From contig NC_043000.1 of assembly GCF_006345805.1 (NCBI RefSeq), positions 13,702,001 through 13,766,000 of the forward strand: a DNA stretch of 64,000 bases. Reading direction: 5' to 3'. A program made the position numbers and the translations under genes. This DNA comes from Octopus sinensis. Lineage: Eukaryota. Positions 50,255-62,550 of this stretch are shown in pieces (the first letter of the stretch is position 1; every line of letters begins with the position of its first letter). The notes below the pieces were generated by a model that saw nothing but the letters and a program-made list of their open reading frames with translations, had not been told where the DNA came from and ran no database searches.

Positions 50255-53200
50255 ACTGCCAGGTCATGCACCTTCACCTATAGACTACTGCCAGGTCATG
50301 CACCTTCACCTATAGACTACTGCCAGGTCATGCACCTTCACCTATAGACTACTGCCAGGTCATGCACCTTCACCTATAGACTACTGCCAGGTCATGCACC
50401 TTCACCTATAGACTACTGCCAGGTCATGCACCTTCACCTATAGACTACTGCCAGGTCAGCACCTTCACCTATAGACTACTGTCAGGTCATGCACCTTCAC
50501 CTATAGACTACTGCCAGGTCATGCACCTTCACCTATAGACTACTGCCAGGTCATGCACCTTCACCTATAGACTACTGTCAGGTCATGCACCTTCACCTAT
50601 AGACTACTGCCAGGTCATGCACCTTCACCTATAGACTACTGCCAGGTCATGCACCTTCACCTATAGACTACTGCCAGGTCTGCACCTTCACCTATAGACT
50701 ACTGCCAGGTCATGCACCTTCACCTATAGACTACTGCCAGGTCATGCACCTTCACCTATAGACTACTGCCAGGTCATGCACCTTCACCTATAGACTACTG
50801 CCAGGTCATGCACCTTCACCTATAGACTACTGCCAGGTCATGCACCTTCACCTATAGACTACTGCCAGGTCATGCACCTTCACCTATAGACTACTGCCAG
50901 GTCATGCACCTTCACCTATAGACTACTGCCAGGTCATGCACCTTCACCTATAGACTACTGCCAGGTCATGCACCTTCACCTATAGACTACTGCCAGGTCA
51001 TGCACCTTCACCTATAGACTACTGCCAGGTCATGCACCTTCACTATAGACTACTGTCAGGTCATGCACCTTCACCTATAGACTACTGCCAGGTCATGCAC
51101 CTTCACTATAGACTACTGTCAGGTCATGCACCTTCACCTATAGACTACTGTCAGGTCATGCACCTTCACCTATAGACTACTGCCAGGTCATGCACCTTCA
51201 CCTATAGACTACTGCCAGGTCATGCACCTTCACCTATAGACTACTGTCAGGTCATGCACCTTCACCTATAGACTACTGCCAGGTCATGCACACTTCACCT
51301 ATAGACTACTGCCAGTCATGCACCTTCACTATAGACTACTGCCAGGTCATGCCCTTCACCTATAGACTACTGCCAGGTCATGCACCTTCACCTATAGACT
51401 ACTGCCAGGTCATGCACCTTCACCTATAGACTACTGCCAGGTCATGCACCTTCACCTATAGACTACTGCCAGGTCATGCACCTTCACCTATAGACTACTG
51501 CCAGGTCATGCACCTTCACCTATGACTACTGCCAGGTCATGCACCTTCACCTATAGACTACTGCCAGGTCATGCACCTTCACCTATAGACTACTGCCAGG
51601 TCATGCACCTTCACCTAGAGACTACTGCCAGGTCAGCACCTTCCTATAGACTACTGCCAGGTCATGCACCTTCACCTATAGACTACTGCCAGGTCATGCA
51701 CCTTCACCTATAGACTACTGTCAGGTCATGCACCTTCACCTATAGACTACTGCCAGGTCATGCACCTTCACTATAGACTACTGCCAGGTCATGCACCTTC
51801 ACCTATAGACTACTGCCAGGTCATGCACCTTCCTATAGACTACTGCCAGGTCATGCACCTCACCTATAGACTACTGCCAGTCATGCACCTTCACCTATAG
51901 ACTACTGCCAGGTCATGCACCTTCACTATAGACTACTGCCAGGTCATGCACCTTCACCTATAGACTACTGCAGGTCATGCACCTTCACCTATAGACTACT
52001 GCCAGGTCATGCACCTTCACCTATAGAACTACTGCCAGGTCATGCACCTTCACCTATAGACTACTGTCAGGTCATGCACCTTCACCTATAGACTACTGCC
52101 AGGTCATGCACCTTCACTATAGACTACTGCCAGGTCATGCACCTTCACCTATAGACTACTGCCAGGTCATGCACCTTCACCTATAGACTACTGCCAGGTC
52201 ATGCACCTTCACCTATAGACTACTGCCAGGTCATGCACCTTCACCTATAGACTACTGCCAGGTCATGCACCTTCACCTATAGACTACTGCCAGGTCATGC
52301 ACCTTCACCTATAGACTACTGTCAGGTCATGCACCTTCACTATAGACTACTGCCAGGTCATGCACCTTCACCTATAGAACTACTGCCAGGTCATGCCACC
52401 TTCACCTATAGACTACTGCCAGGTCATGCACCTTCACCTATAGACTACTGTCAGGTCATGCACCTTCACCTATAGACTACTGCCAGGTCATGCACCTTCA
52501 CCTATAGACTACTGCCAGGTCATGCACCTTCACCTATAGACTACTGCCAGGTCATGCACCTTCACCTATAGACTACTGCCAGGTCATGCACCTTCACCTA
52601 TACTACTGCCAGGTCATGCACCTTCACCTATAGACTACTGCCAGGTCATGCACCTTCACCTATAGACTACTGCCAGGTCATGCACCTTCACCTATAGACT
52701 ACTGCCAGGTCATGCACCTTCACCTATAGACTACTGCCAGGTCATGCACCTTCACCTATAGACTACTGCCAGGTCATGCACCTTCACCTATAGACTACTG
52801 CCAGGTCATGCACCTTCACCTTCACATAGACTACTGCCAGGTCATGCACCTTCACCTATAGACTACTGCCAGGTCATGCACCTTCACCTATAGACTACTG
52901 CCAGGTCATGCACCTTCACCTATAGACTACTGCCAGGTCATGCACCTTCACCTATAGACTACTGCCAGGTCATGCACCTCACCTATAGACTACTGCCAGG
53001 TCATGCACCTTCACCTATAGACTACTGCCAGGTCATGCACCTTCACCTATAGACTACTGCCAGGTCATGCACCTTCCTATAGACTACTGCCAGGTCATGC
53101 ACCTTCACCTATAGACTACTGCCAGGTCATGCACCTTCACCTATAGACTACTGCCAGGTCATGCACCTTCACCTATAGACTACTGCCAGGTCATGCACCT

Positions 53201-53787
53201 TCACCTATAGACTACTGCCAGGTCATGCACCTTCACCTATAGACTACTGCCAGGTCTGCACCTTCACCTATAGACTACTGCCAGGTCATGCACCTTCACC
53301 TATAGACTACTGCCAGGTCATGCACCTTCACCTATAGACTACTGTCAGGTCATGCACCTTCACCTATAGACTACTGCCAGGTCATGCACCTTCACCTATA
53401 GACTACTGCCAGGTCATGCACCTTCACCTATAGACTACTGCCAGGTCATGCACCTTCACCTATAGACTACTGCCAGGTCATGCACCTTCACCTATAGACT
53501 ACTGCCAGGTCATGCACCTTCACCTATAGACTACTGCCAGGTCATGCACCTTCACCTATAGACTACTGTCAGGTCATGCACCTTCACCTATAGACTACTG
53601 CCAGGTCATGCACCTTCACCTATAGACTACTGCCAGGTCATGCACCTTCACCTATAGACTACTGCCAGGTCATGCACCTTCACCTATAGACTACTGCCAG
53701 GTCATGCACCTTCACCTATAGACTACTGTCAGGTCATGCACCTTCACCTATAGACTACTGCAGGTCATGCACCTTCACCTATAGACT
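50255..53787. repeat. 32-bp minisatellite, ~110 copies (GACTACTGCCAGGTCATGCACCTTCACCTATA)
   Basis: Direct reading; recurrent C>T variant (TGTCAGG) and scattered 1-bp indels; no spacers. Confidence 0.97.
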
Positions 53788-54037
53788 TGTGAAAGGTAAG
53801 AGAGTCCAGTTTGCTGGACATTGTTGTAGAGCTGAAAAAGAAGTAATTTCTACTCTTCTCCTCTGGAAGCTATCTACTCGCAGTACCAGAGGGCGCACAC
53901 TCTCCTACCCTGATGTAATCTCCAGGGATACAGGCATCCAGCAACAGGACCTCCGTAATGCCATGATGGACCGTGAAGTCTGGCGTAGCATGGTAAATTC
54001 CATTGTCTCGACCACGGTCGAACAATGATGATGATGA
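53786..54037 (+). mobile_element. 5'-truncated RTE-superfamily LINE 3' end
   Basis: VKGKRVQFAGHCCRAEKEVISTLLLW...LSYPDVISRDTG...AMMDREVWRSMV...EQ* followed directly by (TGA)4. Confidence 0.85.
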
Positions 54038-54439
54038 CCTGAAGTAATATATTAATTTGACCAGGAAGACTTCCATTCTTGCTCATCTTCCTCTCATTTA
54101 CATACCTGAATTACCTCATCTCCCCAATCCTAATTCAGGTGATAATGATAAGCTTGTGAGTAATTTATGATGATAAAAGAAAAACAAATATTCAAAAAAG
54201 ATGCATAATAAGTAAATAATGAAATATTACAGGATTTTATGTTTCCAAGTCAGTGGTGATAGTAGTGGTAGTGGATGAAGTGGGGGTGTAGGTGACGCTT
54301 CAGTGAATATACTCCAAGTTTGTTAGTATCTTACACACACACACACACTCTTTCACACACACATTCTCACACACACACACACTAAAAAACACAGACATAC
54401 ATATGCACATACATACAAACTAACACAAACATGCACCAG

Positions 54440-54830
54440 CATTAACACTACCACCATCACTACCACCACCACTACCACTACTGCCAAGAGTAACAAGCTC
54501 ACCACTATTATAACCACAATCTTCATCCCCCAACTTCACCACCGGTGATCATTACCATCACAACCACTACCATCACTAACACTACTATTACCAACACTAC
54601 CATTGCCAACACTACCATCACCAACGCAACGATCATCACCACACCACCACCACCACCACAACTACTACCACCACCACCACCACCACCACTACCATCACCA
54701 TCGCTACCAATACTACCACCACTACCACCACAATCACTACCACCACCACTATCACCCCCACCATCACTACCACCACAACTACCACAATTGTCAACACCAT
54801 CACCACCATCATTCACGTCATCAGTGTGTC
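54440..54830. repeat. (CAC/ACT/CAT)n low-complexity tract
   Basis: Direct reading. Confidence 0.9.
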
Positions 54831-55328
54831 AGTGTTAGTCAACACTGTGACAAATATACAAATCTGTTTCTCACAGAAATTTGGACAATTCAGTAAAAAA
54901 ACATCCAGGTCAGCAGATTATTTTAATTACAAAGCAAACCAATTTATGTAGATTAGGAGATAGATATTACAAATACATAGGTAAACATAGACAGTTTGGT
55001 GATTAACGGAGTGATGAGATGAGCAAAACAAATTTACATCAGACACGACTGAATACTAAATGGATATAAGTGCAGGAATGTTTGTGAGACTAAGAAGCTT
55101 GCTTGCATCCACAAGGTTTCAGGTTCTGTCCCACTGCACAGCACCTTGGACAAGAGTTTTCTACTATAGCCCCAGGTTTGTGAGTGAAAATGGTAGACAG
55201 AAACTGTGTGGAAGCCTGTCACTGCTGAGTGGTTAGGAAGCTTCTCAACCACATGTTTTCGGGTTCAATCCCACTGTGTGGCACCTTGGGTAAGTGTCTT
55301 CTGCTATAGCCTCGGGCTGACAAAAGCC

Positions 55329-55555
55329 TTTACTCTTTTACTCTTTTACTTGTTTCAGTAATTTCACTGTGGCCATGCTGGAGCACCACATGTAGTCAAG
55401 CAAATCGACCCCAGGACTTATTCTTTGTAAGCCTAGTACTTATTCTATCGGTCTCTTTTGCTAAACCGCTAGGTTATGGGGCCGTAAACACACCAGCATC
55501 AGTTGTCATGCGATGTTAGCAGGACAAACACAGACACACAAACATATACACACAC

Positions 55556-55601
<46 letters not shown>

Positions 55602-55794
55602 TATATATAATATATATATATACATATATATGATAGGCTTCTTTCAGTTTCCATCTACCAAATCCACTCACAAAGCTTTGGTTGGCCCAAGGCTATAGTA
55701 GAAGACACTTGCCCAAGGTGCCATGCAGTGGGACTGAACCTGGAACCATGTAGTTCATAAGCAAGCTACTTACCATACAACCACTCCTACGCCT
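55329..55794 (-). mobile_element. SINE family A, full length, nested in an opposite-strand SINE A
   Basis: Host copy breaks at AAAGCCTT (55328) and resumes GCCTTGTGATTGAATTTGGTAG (~55791). Confidence 0.85.
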
Positions 55795-55829
55795 TGTGAT
55801 TGAATTTGGTAGGCAGGAGTTCATCATCG

Positions 55830-56390
55830 GCTCCAGCTCATATCTGAGCATTGGGTTCGTCAGTCTACATCCAGTCTCCTCAGCAGATGTTTGTGCCAAA
55901 TGTAACTTTGGAGTCCAAGTCAGTGGTGAAAGAATTGCAGGCAGAATTTACACAGGATGTTTGGTGTGGATCAAGGATGTTGAAGACACTCCTTTGTTCT
56001 CCTTTTTTTACCTCCTCATTCTGTTGTCTGTTCTGCATGAAGGGACTGGTTCCATTGTGGATAGCAGTCTTCCAGGCTGTCCTATCCAAGGCAATCTGTT
56101 CCCATGAGGATGGCTGGATGTTAGTTTGGGCCAGGGTCCATTTGAACTGGTCTTTAAAACAGAATTTCAGGCCTCCTCTGGGTCTTGTTCCAATTGCAAG
56201 TTCTCTGTAGAGCATAATCCTTGGGAGACGAGAAGGCTCTATACACTGGACATGACCTGCCCAGCGGAGATGATGGTGAAGAATGGTGGCTTCAATGCTT
56301 GTTAGTGAGGTATGGTAAAGAACCTCACTGTTGCTAATGTGACCTTCTCATCAAATATTGAGGATCTGTCATAGCTTGTGTGTCAAAGTG
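55830..56390 (-). mobile_element. Decayed RTE-BovB-like ORF 3' fragment
   Basis: HHLRWAGHV, RLPRIMLYRELAIGTRPRGG.K..FKDQFK, WEQIALDRTAWK. Confidence 0.85.
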
Positions 56391-56719
56391 CTTCTGCCTC
56401 CTAACAGATAGGAGGGAAAACATTACCCTATTTGGAAATGGATGGGGTTGGCAGCAGGAAGGACATCCAGCTGTAGAAAACCTTCCACACAAATAGTAAA
56501 AAAATAATATTTTTTATCTTTTACTTGTTTTAGTCATCAGACTGTGACCATGCTGGGGCACTGTCTTGGAGAATTCTTTGTTGAATGAATCAACACTTAT
56601 TCTATCGTTCTCTTTTGCTGAACTGCTAAGTTATGGGGACATGAACACACTAACACTGGTTGTTAAGCAGTAGTGGGGAGAACAAATAGACACAAACACA
56701 CACACACAGACACAACATA

Positions 56720-56760
<41 letters not shown>

Positions 56761-56939
56761 CATACATTGGGCTCCTTTCAGTTTCTATCAACCAAATCCA
56801 CTCATTCAGCTTGAGGCTATATTATGTGGGATGTTTTTGTTTGTCCCCATACCACTTGACAACTGGTGGTGGTTTGTTCACATCCCTGTAACTTAGTGGT
56901 TTGGCATATGAATGTGATAGAATAAGTAGCAGATTTTAG

Positions 56940-56970
<31 letters not shown>

Positions 56971-57083
56971 GTATTGGGGACAATCTGTTTAGCTAAAACC
57001 CTTTGAGGTGATGCTCCAGTATGACCACATTTAAATGATTGAAACAAGTGAGAAAATAAAAGATAAAAAGATCAATCTTAAGT

Positions 57084-57500
57084 AGGCACAGGAGTGGCTG
57101 TGTGGTAAGTAGCTTGTTTACCAACCACATGGTTCCGGGTTCAGTCCCACTGCGTGACACCTTGGGCAAGTGTCTTCTACTATAGCCTCGGGCCGACCAA
57201 AGCCTTGTGAGTGGATTTGGTAGACGGAAACTGAAAGAAGCCCATCGTATATATGTATATATATATATATATATATATGCGTGTGTGTGTTTGTGTATCT
57301 GTGTTTGTCCCCCTAGCATTGCTTGACAACCGATGCTGGTGTGTTTATGTCCCTCATCACTTAGCAGTTTGGCAAAACAGACCGATAGAATAAGTACTGG
57401 GCTTACAAAGAATAAGTCCCGGGGTCGAGTTGCTCGACTAAAGGCGGTGCTCCAGCATGGCCGCAGTCAAATGACTGAAACAAGTAAAAGAGTAAAGAGA
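57084..57500 (+). mobile_element. SINE family A, full-length young copy
   Basis: A box, B box GGTTCAGTCCC, CORE-like CCTTGGGCAAGTGTCTTCTACTATAGCC, internal (TA)n(TG)n, GAGTAAA tail. Confidence 0.9.
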
Positions 57501-57989
57501 GTGAAAGAATTCATCTATTTTGTTTTGTTTTATTTTATATAGGGGTGGGTATTGATGTATGTATGTAGTTAAGTATTTACTTTATTCTTCTACAAAGGGT
57601 GTGAGAACAAGAATACACCATTGGCAATCATAGCACCTTCACAGAAGAGGGAAGAAATAACTGAGTGTAAAACAAGAAACCAATCAACATTTAAATAAGA
57701 ATATAAGACAACAGTAGCAACAGACAACAACAACAATCATTGTTTCTAACAAAGGTATAAAGCCTGAAATTTGAAAGAGAAAGGTTTTCATCATCATCGT
57801 CGTTGTCATCATCATTATCGTTGTCATCATCGTCATCATCATTCTCTTTTTTCGTTTATTTGTTTCAGTAATTTGACTGTGGCCATGCTGGAGCACCACC
57901 TTTAGTCAAGCAAATTGACCCCAGGTGCCACACAGTAGGACTGAACACGGAACCATGTGGTTCGTAAGCAAGCTGCTTACCACACTGCC

Positions 57990-58860
57990 ATCATCATTTA
58001 ACATCCGTTTACAATGCTGACATAGGTTGAATGGTTTGAAAGGATCCTGCAAATTGCAAAGCCTTTTTCATCTCCTGTGTCAGCTTTGGCATGGTTTCTA
58101 TGGCTCGATGCTCTTCCTAATGCCAACCACTTCACTGGGTATATTTGGTGCTTTTTTTTTCTCTTTTCATGCCACCAACACAAGTGACGTTATCAGGTAA
58201 CTTGCAAGATAAGAGGGAAAAGGAGAAGAAAGGGAAAAAGCTTCCTCTACGAATTGAAGAACATTTAATTGGGGAAAGTGGCTTTATGCCAGAAGGTGAA
58301 GGGGTAAATTAAGATAAAGAGACAAACACAAGAGTCTTCCTATAGAGGAGATACATGACTAAACCCTCTTATATAGAGAGGTGGATAAGAATAGAGGAGA
58401 AGGAGATAAAAGAAGGTAGTGATGGAGTGCCAGAGCAAAGTCTCAAGGTGCAAGAAGGTGAGCATAAAAGAGGGTACAGAAAGTGGGTCATGAGAAGGGA
58501 GAGTGAATGCTTTCATAGGGTGTGAATTGGGGAGTTATAAATGGTAAAGTATAGGGATGGAAGTGAATGTAGAGAATGATGAATGAGGGTGGAGGTGTGG
58601 TTGAGGAAAATACCAGTATGGAGAAGTGTAAGGTGAGAGATGTAGGAGTGATTTGGGGTGGGGGTCAGAAAGTAGTGGAATGATGTGCAAGGTGTAGAGA
58701 GGAAGATACAGGGGCATGATGGTAGAAATGATAGGGCATTGAGAATGAAAGCAAGTTGTAAAGAAAGGTGTTAAGAATGGGGTATAGCAGAGGAGATCAA
58801 TAGCAGAAGACACAAAAGGAGGTGATTGGTGCAAATAATGTGGACAGGGATGAAAAAGAG
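57990..58860 (-). mobile_element. Old (CAT)n-tailed RTE-derived element with long purine-rich (plus strand) body
   Basis: Tail motif CATCATTTAACATCC...GGATGC.CTTCCTAATGCCAACCACT then ~600 bp of strongly G/A-skewed sequence. Confidence 0.45.
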
Positions 58861-58884
58861 AAATGGAAATGGTTCTGAGGGCTG

Positions 58885-60402
58885 GTACTTATCTTATCAA
58901 CTGGTACTTATTTTATCAACCCTAAAAGAATGAAAGACAAAGGTGACCTCAACAGAATTTGAACTCTGAACATACAGACAGACAAAATGTCACTACGCAT
59001 TTTGTCTGGCATAATAACGATTCTGTCAGTTCACTGCCTTAATAATAGTAAGGATAATCATTTTTCCTATTACAGGCATAAGACCTGAAATTTTTCAGGG
59101 TGGGGATAACCAATTACAACGACCCCTGTGCTTGACTAGTACTTATTTTATCAACCCCAAAAGGATGAAAGGCAAAGTTGACCTCAGCAGAATTTGAACT
59201 CTGAGTGTAAAGCTAGATGAAATGTCACTAAGCATTTTCTCATGCATGTTAATGATTCTGCCAGCTCACTGCCTTTAATGGTCCCAAATTTTGGTGCATG
59301 GCCATCAGTTTTTAAAGGAAGTGGGTAAGTCAATTACATTAACCTGAGAGATCAACTGATACTTATTTTTTCAAATCCAAAGGGATGAAAAGCAAAGTCG
59401 ACCTCAGCAGCATTTGAACTCAGAACAAAAAGCCTGAAGAAATGCTACTAAGCATTTTATCCAATGTACTAAGGTTTCTGCCTGCAAAAGGCCTTAATAA
59501 TGACAACAATAACAACAACAGTAATAATTGGAGATTATTGGGAACGTGCAAATTATTTTGTGCACCATTATAGCAAACATGGTTATAGTGAAGCACAATT
59601 GAAGGAAATCGCAAACGACAGCTATAATTAACTATGAATGTCAAACTTTCAAGCCCTATTAAAGGTGAAAGACCCAAAGCAAATTAGGGGTATAGAAGGC
59701 ATGTCATTGATGAGGTTGCAAACAGTGATGAAAGGACTCCGACAAACCTAGCTGACTGACTGACTGACCAAACAATTAATCAAACAATGGATTAATTATT
59801 TGGTTAAATACTTAACTAATGTCTGATGATTCTTTCTAATTTTTGGCACAAGGCAAGCAATTTTGAGGGATGGGGAAGTTCATTACATTGACCCCAGTGC
59901 TCAACTGGTACTTATTTCATTGCAACTGAAAGGATGAAAAGCAAAGTCTACCTTGGCAGCATACTAACTAAGAATATAAAGCCAAATGAACTGGTAACTA
60001 ATAATACTTTCTATTATAAGCAAAAGGTCTGAAATTTGTGAGAGGGGGATAGTCGATTACATCGCCTCCAATACTCAACTGGTACTTAATTTATCGAACC
60101 TGAAAGGATGAAAGGTAAAGTCGACCTCAGCGGAATTTGAACTCAGAACGTAGCGATAGGCGAAATACCTATTTCTTTACTACCCACAAGGGGCTAAACA
60201 CAGAGAGGACAAACAAGGACAGACAAACAGATTAAGTCGATTATATCGACCCCAGTGCGTAACTGGTACTTATTTAATCGACCCAGGAAGGATGAAAGGC
60301 AAAGTCGACCTCGGTGGAATTTGAACTCAGAACATAGCGGCAGACGAAATACCGCTAAGCATTTCGCCCGGCATGCAAACGTTTCTGCCAGCTCACCACC
60401 TT
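58885..60402 (-). mobile_element. Head-to-tail cluster of ~5 SINE family B copies (second cluster ~49560-50210)
   Basis: Repeated AAGGATGAAAGGCAAAGT.GACCTC.GC.GAATTTGAACTC; youngest copy 60001-60402 with internal duplication. Confidence 0.85.
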
Positions 60403-60482
60403 GAACTGGTAACCAATAATAATACAATGAAGTAAGTCACTTTCCCATCTACAATATCTATGATTAGCTGAATACTATAGAC

Positions 60483-60662
60483 CAGTGCTACACAACTAGT
60501 ATTCCATGGCACACTGGTTTGTCACAAGATGATGCTAGGTGTGCCACAGTGTAACCTGAATATAATTCTTTTCCCTATACTTTTAGTTATATTTTTAGTG
60601 CCACCGAATTTTGAAAAGAATATAAGAGTACTGCAAGTGTAAAAAAAGGTTGCAGAGCACTG
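60483..60662. mobile_element. hAT MITE with 8-bp TSD
   Basis: TIRs CAGTGCTACACAAC / GTTGCAGAGCACTG; CTATAGAC at 60475-82 and 60663-70. Confidence 0.85.
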
Positions 60663-60992
60663 CTATAGACAAATGAGAGGGAAGTGTTCAGTTGCATAGA
60701 ATTCAGATTGATATTGTACAAGACTATAGAAAGTACAACAGATGTCATATTTCTGGTAAGATAGCAGCAGTTAGAGAAGTACTTTACAAAGAACAAACAA
60801 TTATATCTTACACAGACAGATTAGTTAGTAGGGTTGGATCAAAGATAAGGATTGTTAATCAAGAAAATTGATTATTTTCTTTTTGATTTTTGTTATGCTG
60901 TTTTTTAAACATATTTTGCTAAAGTCTAGAATAAGTCAACCAACAAAGAAGCGTTGCATTATTCATATATATACATATGTATATATAACCTG

Positions 60993-61165
60993 AAGCACAG
61001 GAGTGGCTGTGTGGTAAGAAGCTTGCTTCCCAACCACATGGTTCTGCGTTCAGTCCCGTTGCATGACACCTTGGGCAACTGTCTTCTACTGTAGCTTCAG
61101 GCCGACCAAAGCCTTGTGAGTGGATTTGGTAGATGGAAACTGAAAGAAGCCTGTTGTATATATAT

Positions 61166-61233
<68 letters not shown>

Positions 61234-61440
61234 GTTTTTTGTTTGTGTCTATGTTTGTCCCCCACCATCGCTTGACAACCAATGTTGGTGTGTTTACTTA
61301 GCAGTTTGGCAAAAGAGAGCGATAGAATAAGTACTAGGCTTACAAAGAATTAAGTCCTGAGGTCGATTTATTCAACTAAAGGTGGTGCTCCAGCATGGCC
61401 ACAATCAAATGACTTGAAACAAGTAAAAGAATAAAAGAAT
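60993..61440 (+). mobile_element. SINE family A, full length
   Basis: Same blocks as 57084-57500. Confidence 0.88.
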
Positions 61441-61799
61441 ATGTGTGTTTGTTTTTATTAATAATCAGCAGAAGTTTTGGAAAAACTCAAGGGCTGAGAG
61501 TTTCATATGTGTAATATGTGCCAACTCTCAGTTTTTGAGTTACTCTGTAGTTGATGATAAATAAAAAATATATTTATACACTCATGTTTTGAGATCCATT
61601 TTCCTGTTTTCAATCACAAAACGTGTATGTGTGTGCATTAATATTTGTTTTAATGTCAAGTTGTAAATAAAAACAATTCAAACTGAAGAGTTACTTAAAA
61701 TTATTTTTAATAATAAACTTTTACAAGGAGAAGTTTAACAGTAATTTTGAAGTTTTGGCTTGCTTTCATCAGACATTTTGGTTTTGCATAGATTTTCAT

Positions 61800-61822
61800 A
61801 TATATCTATCTATCTATCTATC

Positions 61823-61873
<51 letters not shown>

Positions 61874-61874
61874 G

Positions 61875-61921
<47 letters not shown>

Positions 61922-61947
61922 ATATATATATATAATAATATATATAG

Positions 61948-61978
<31 letters not shown>

Positions 61979-62064
61979 TATATATATAGGCATATATACA
62001 TATATACATATATACATATATATATATATACATATATATCATATATATATATGCATATTTATAC

Positions 62065-62096
<32 letters not shown>

Positions 62097-62127
62097 TATA
62101 TATATACATATATATATACATATATAC

Positions 62128-62158
<31 letters not shown>

Positions 62159-62215
62159 TATATATACATATATATACATATATATACATATATATATATA
62201 TATATACATATATAT
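61800..62215. repeat. (TA)n/(TACA)n microsatellite
   Basis: Direct reading. Confidence 0.92.
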
Positions 62216-62550
62216 GTCATCATCATCTCATCATCATCATCATCGTTTAACATCCGCTTTCCAAACTAGCATGGGTTGGACCTTTTGACTGAGGACTGGT
62301 GAACCAGATGGCTGCACCAGGCTCCAATCTGATCTGGCAGAATTTCTACAGCTGGATGCCAACCACTCCGAGATTGTAGTGGATGCTTTTACCTGCCACC
62401 AGCACGAGGCCCAGTCAGGCAGTACTGGCAACAGCCATGTTCAAATGGTGTTTTTTACATGCCACCTTGCACAGGAGCCAATCCAGCAGCACTGGCAACG
62501 ACCTCGCTTGAATGTTTTTTCATGTGCCAGTAAGGCGACGCTGGTAACGG
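62215..62550 (-). mobile_element. RTE 3'-end fragment
   Basis: (CAT)n tail abutting the (TA)n tract, then terminal/UTR motifs. Confidence 0.8.

Noticed and set aside
51522-51713. ORF within the minisatellite
   Set aside because: Arises only where unit variants remove the recurring TAG; no start context or homology.
50255-53787. CRISPR-like array (32-bp repeat)
   Set aside because: Units are contiguous with no unique spacers, no cas genes, eukaryotic context.
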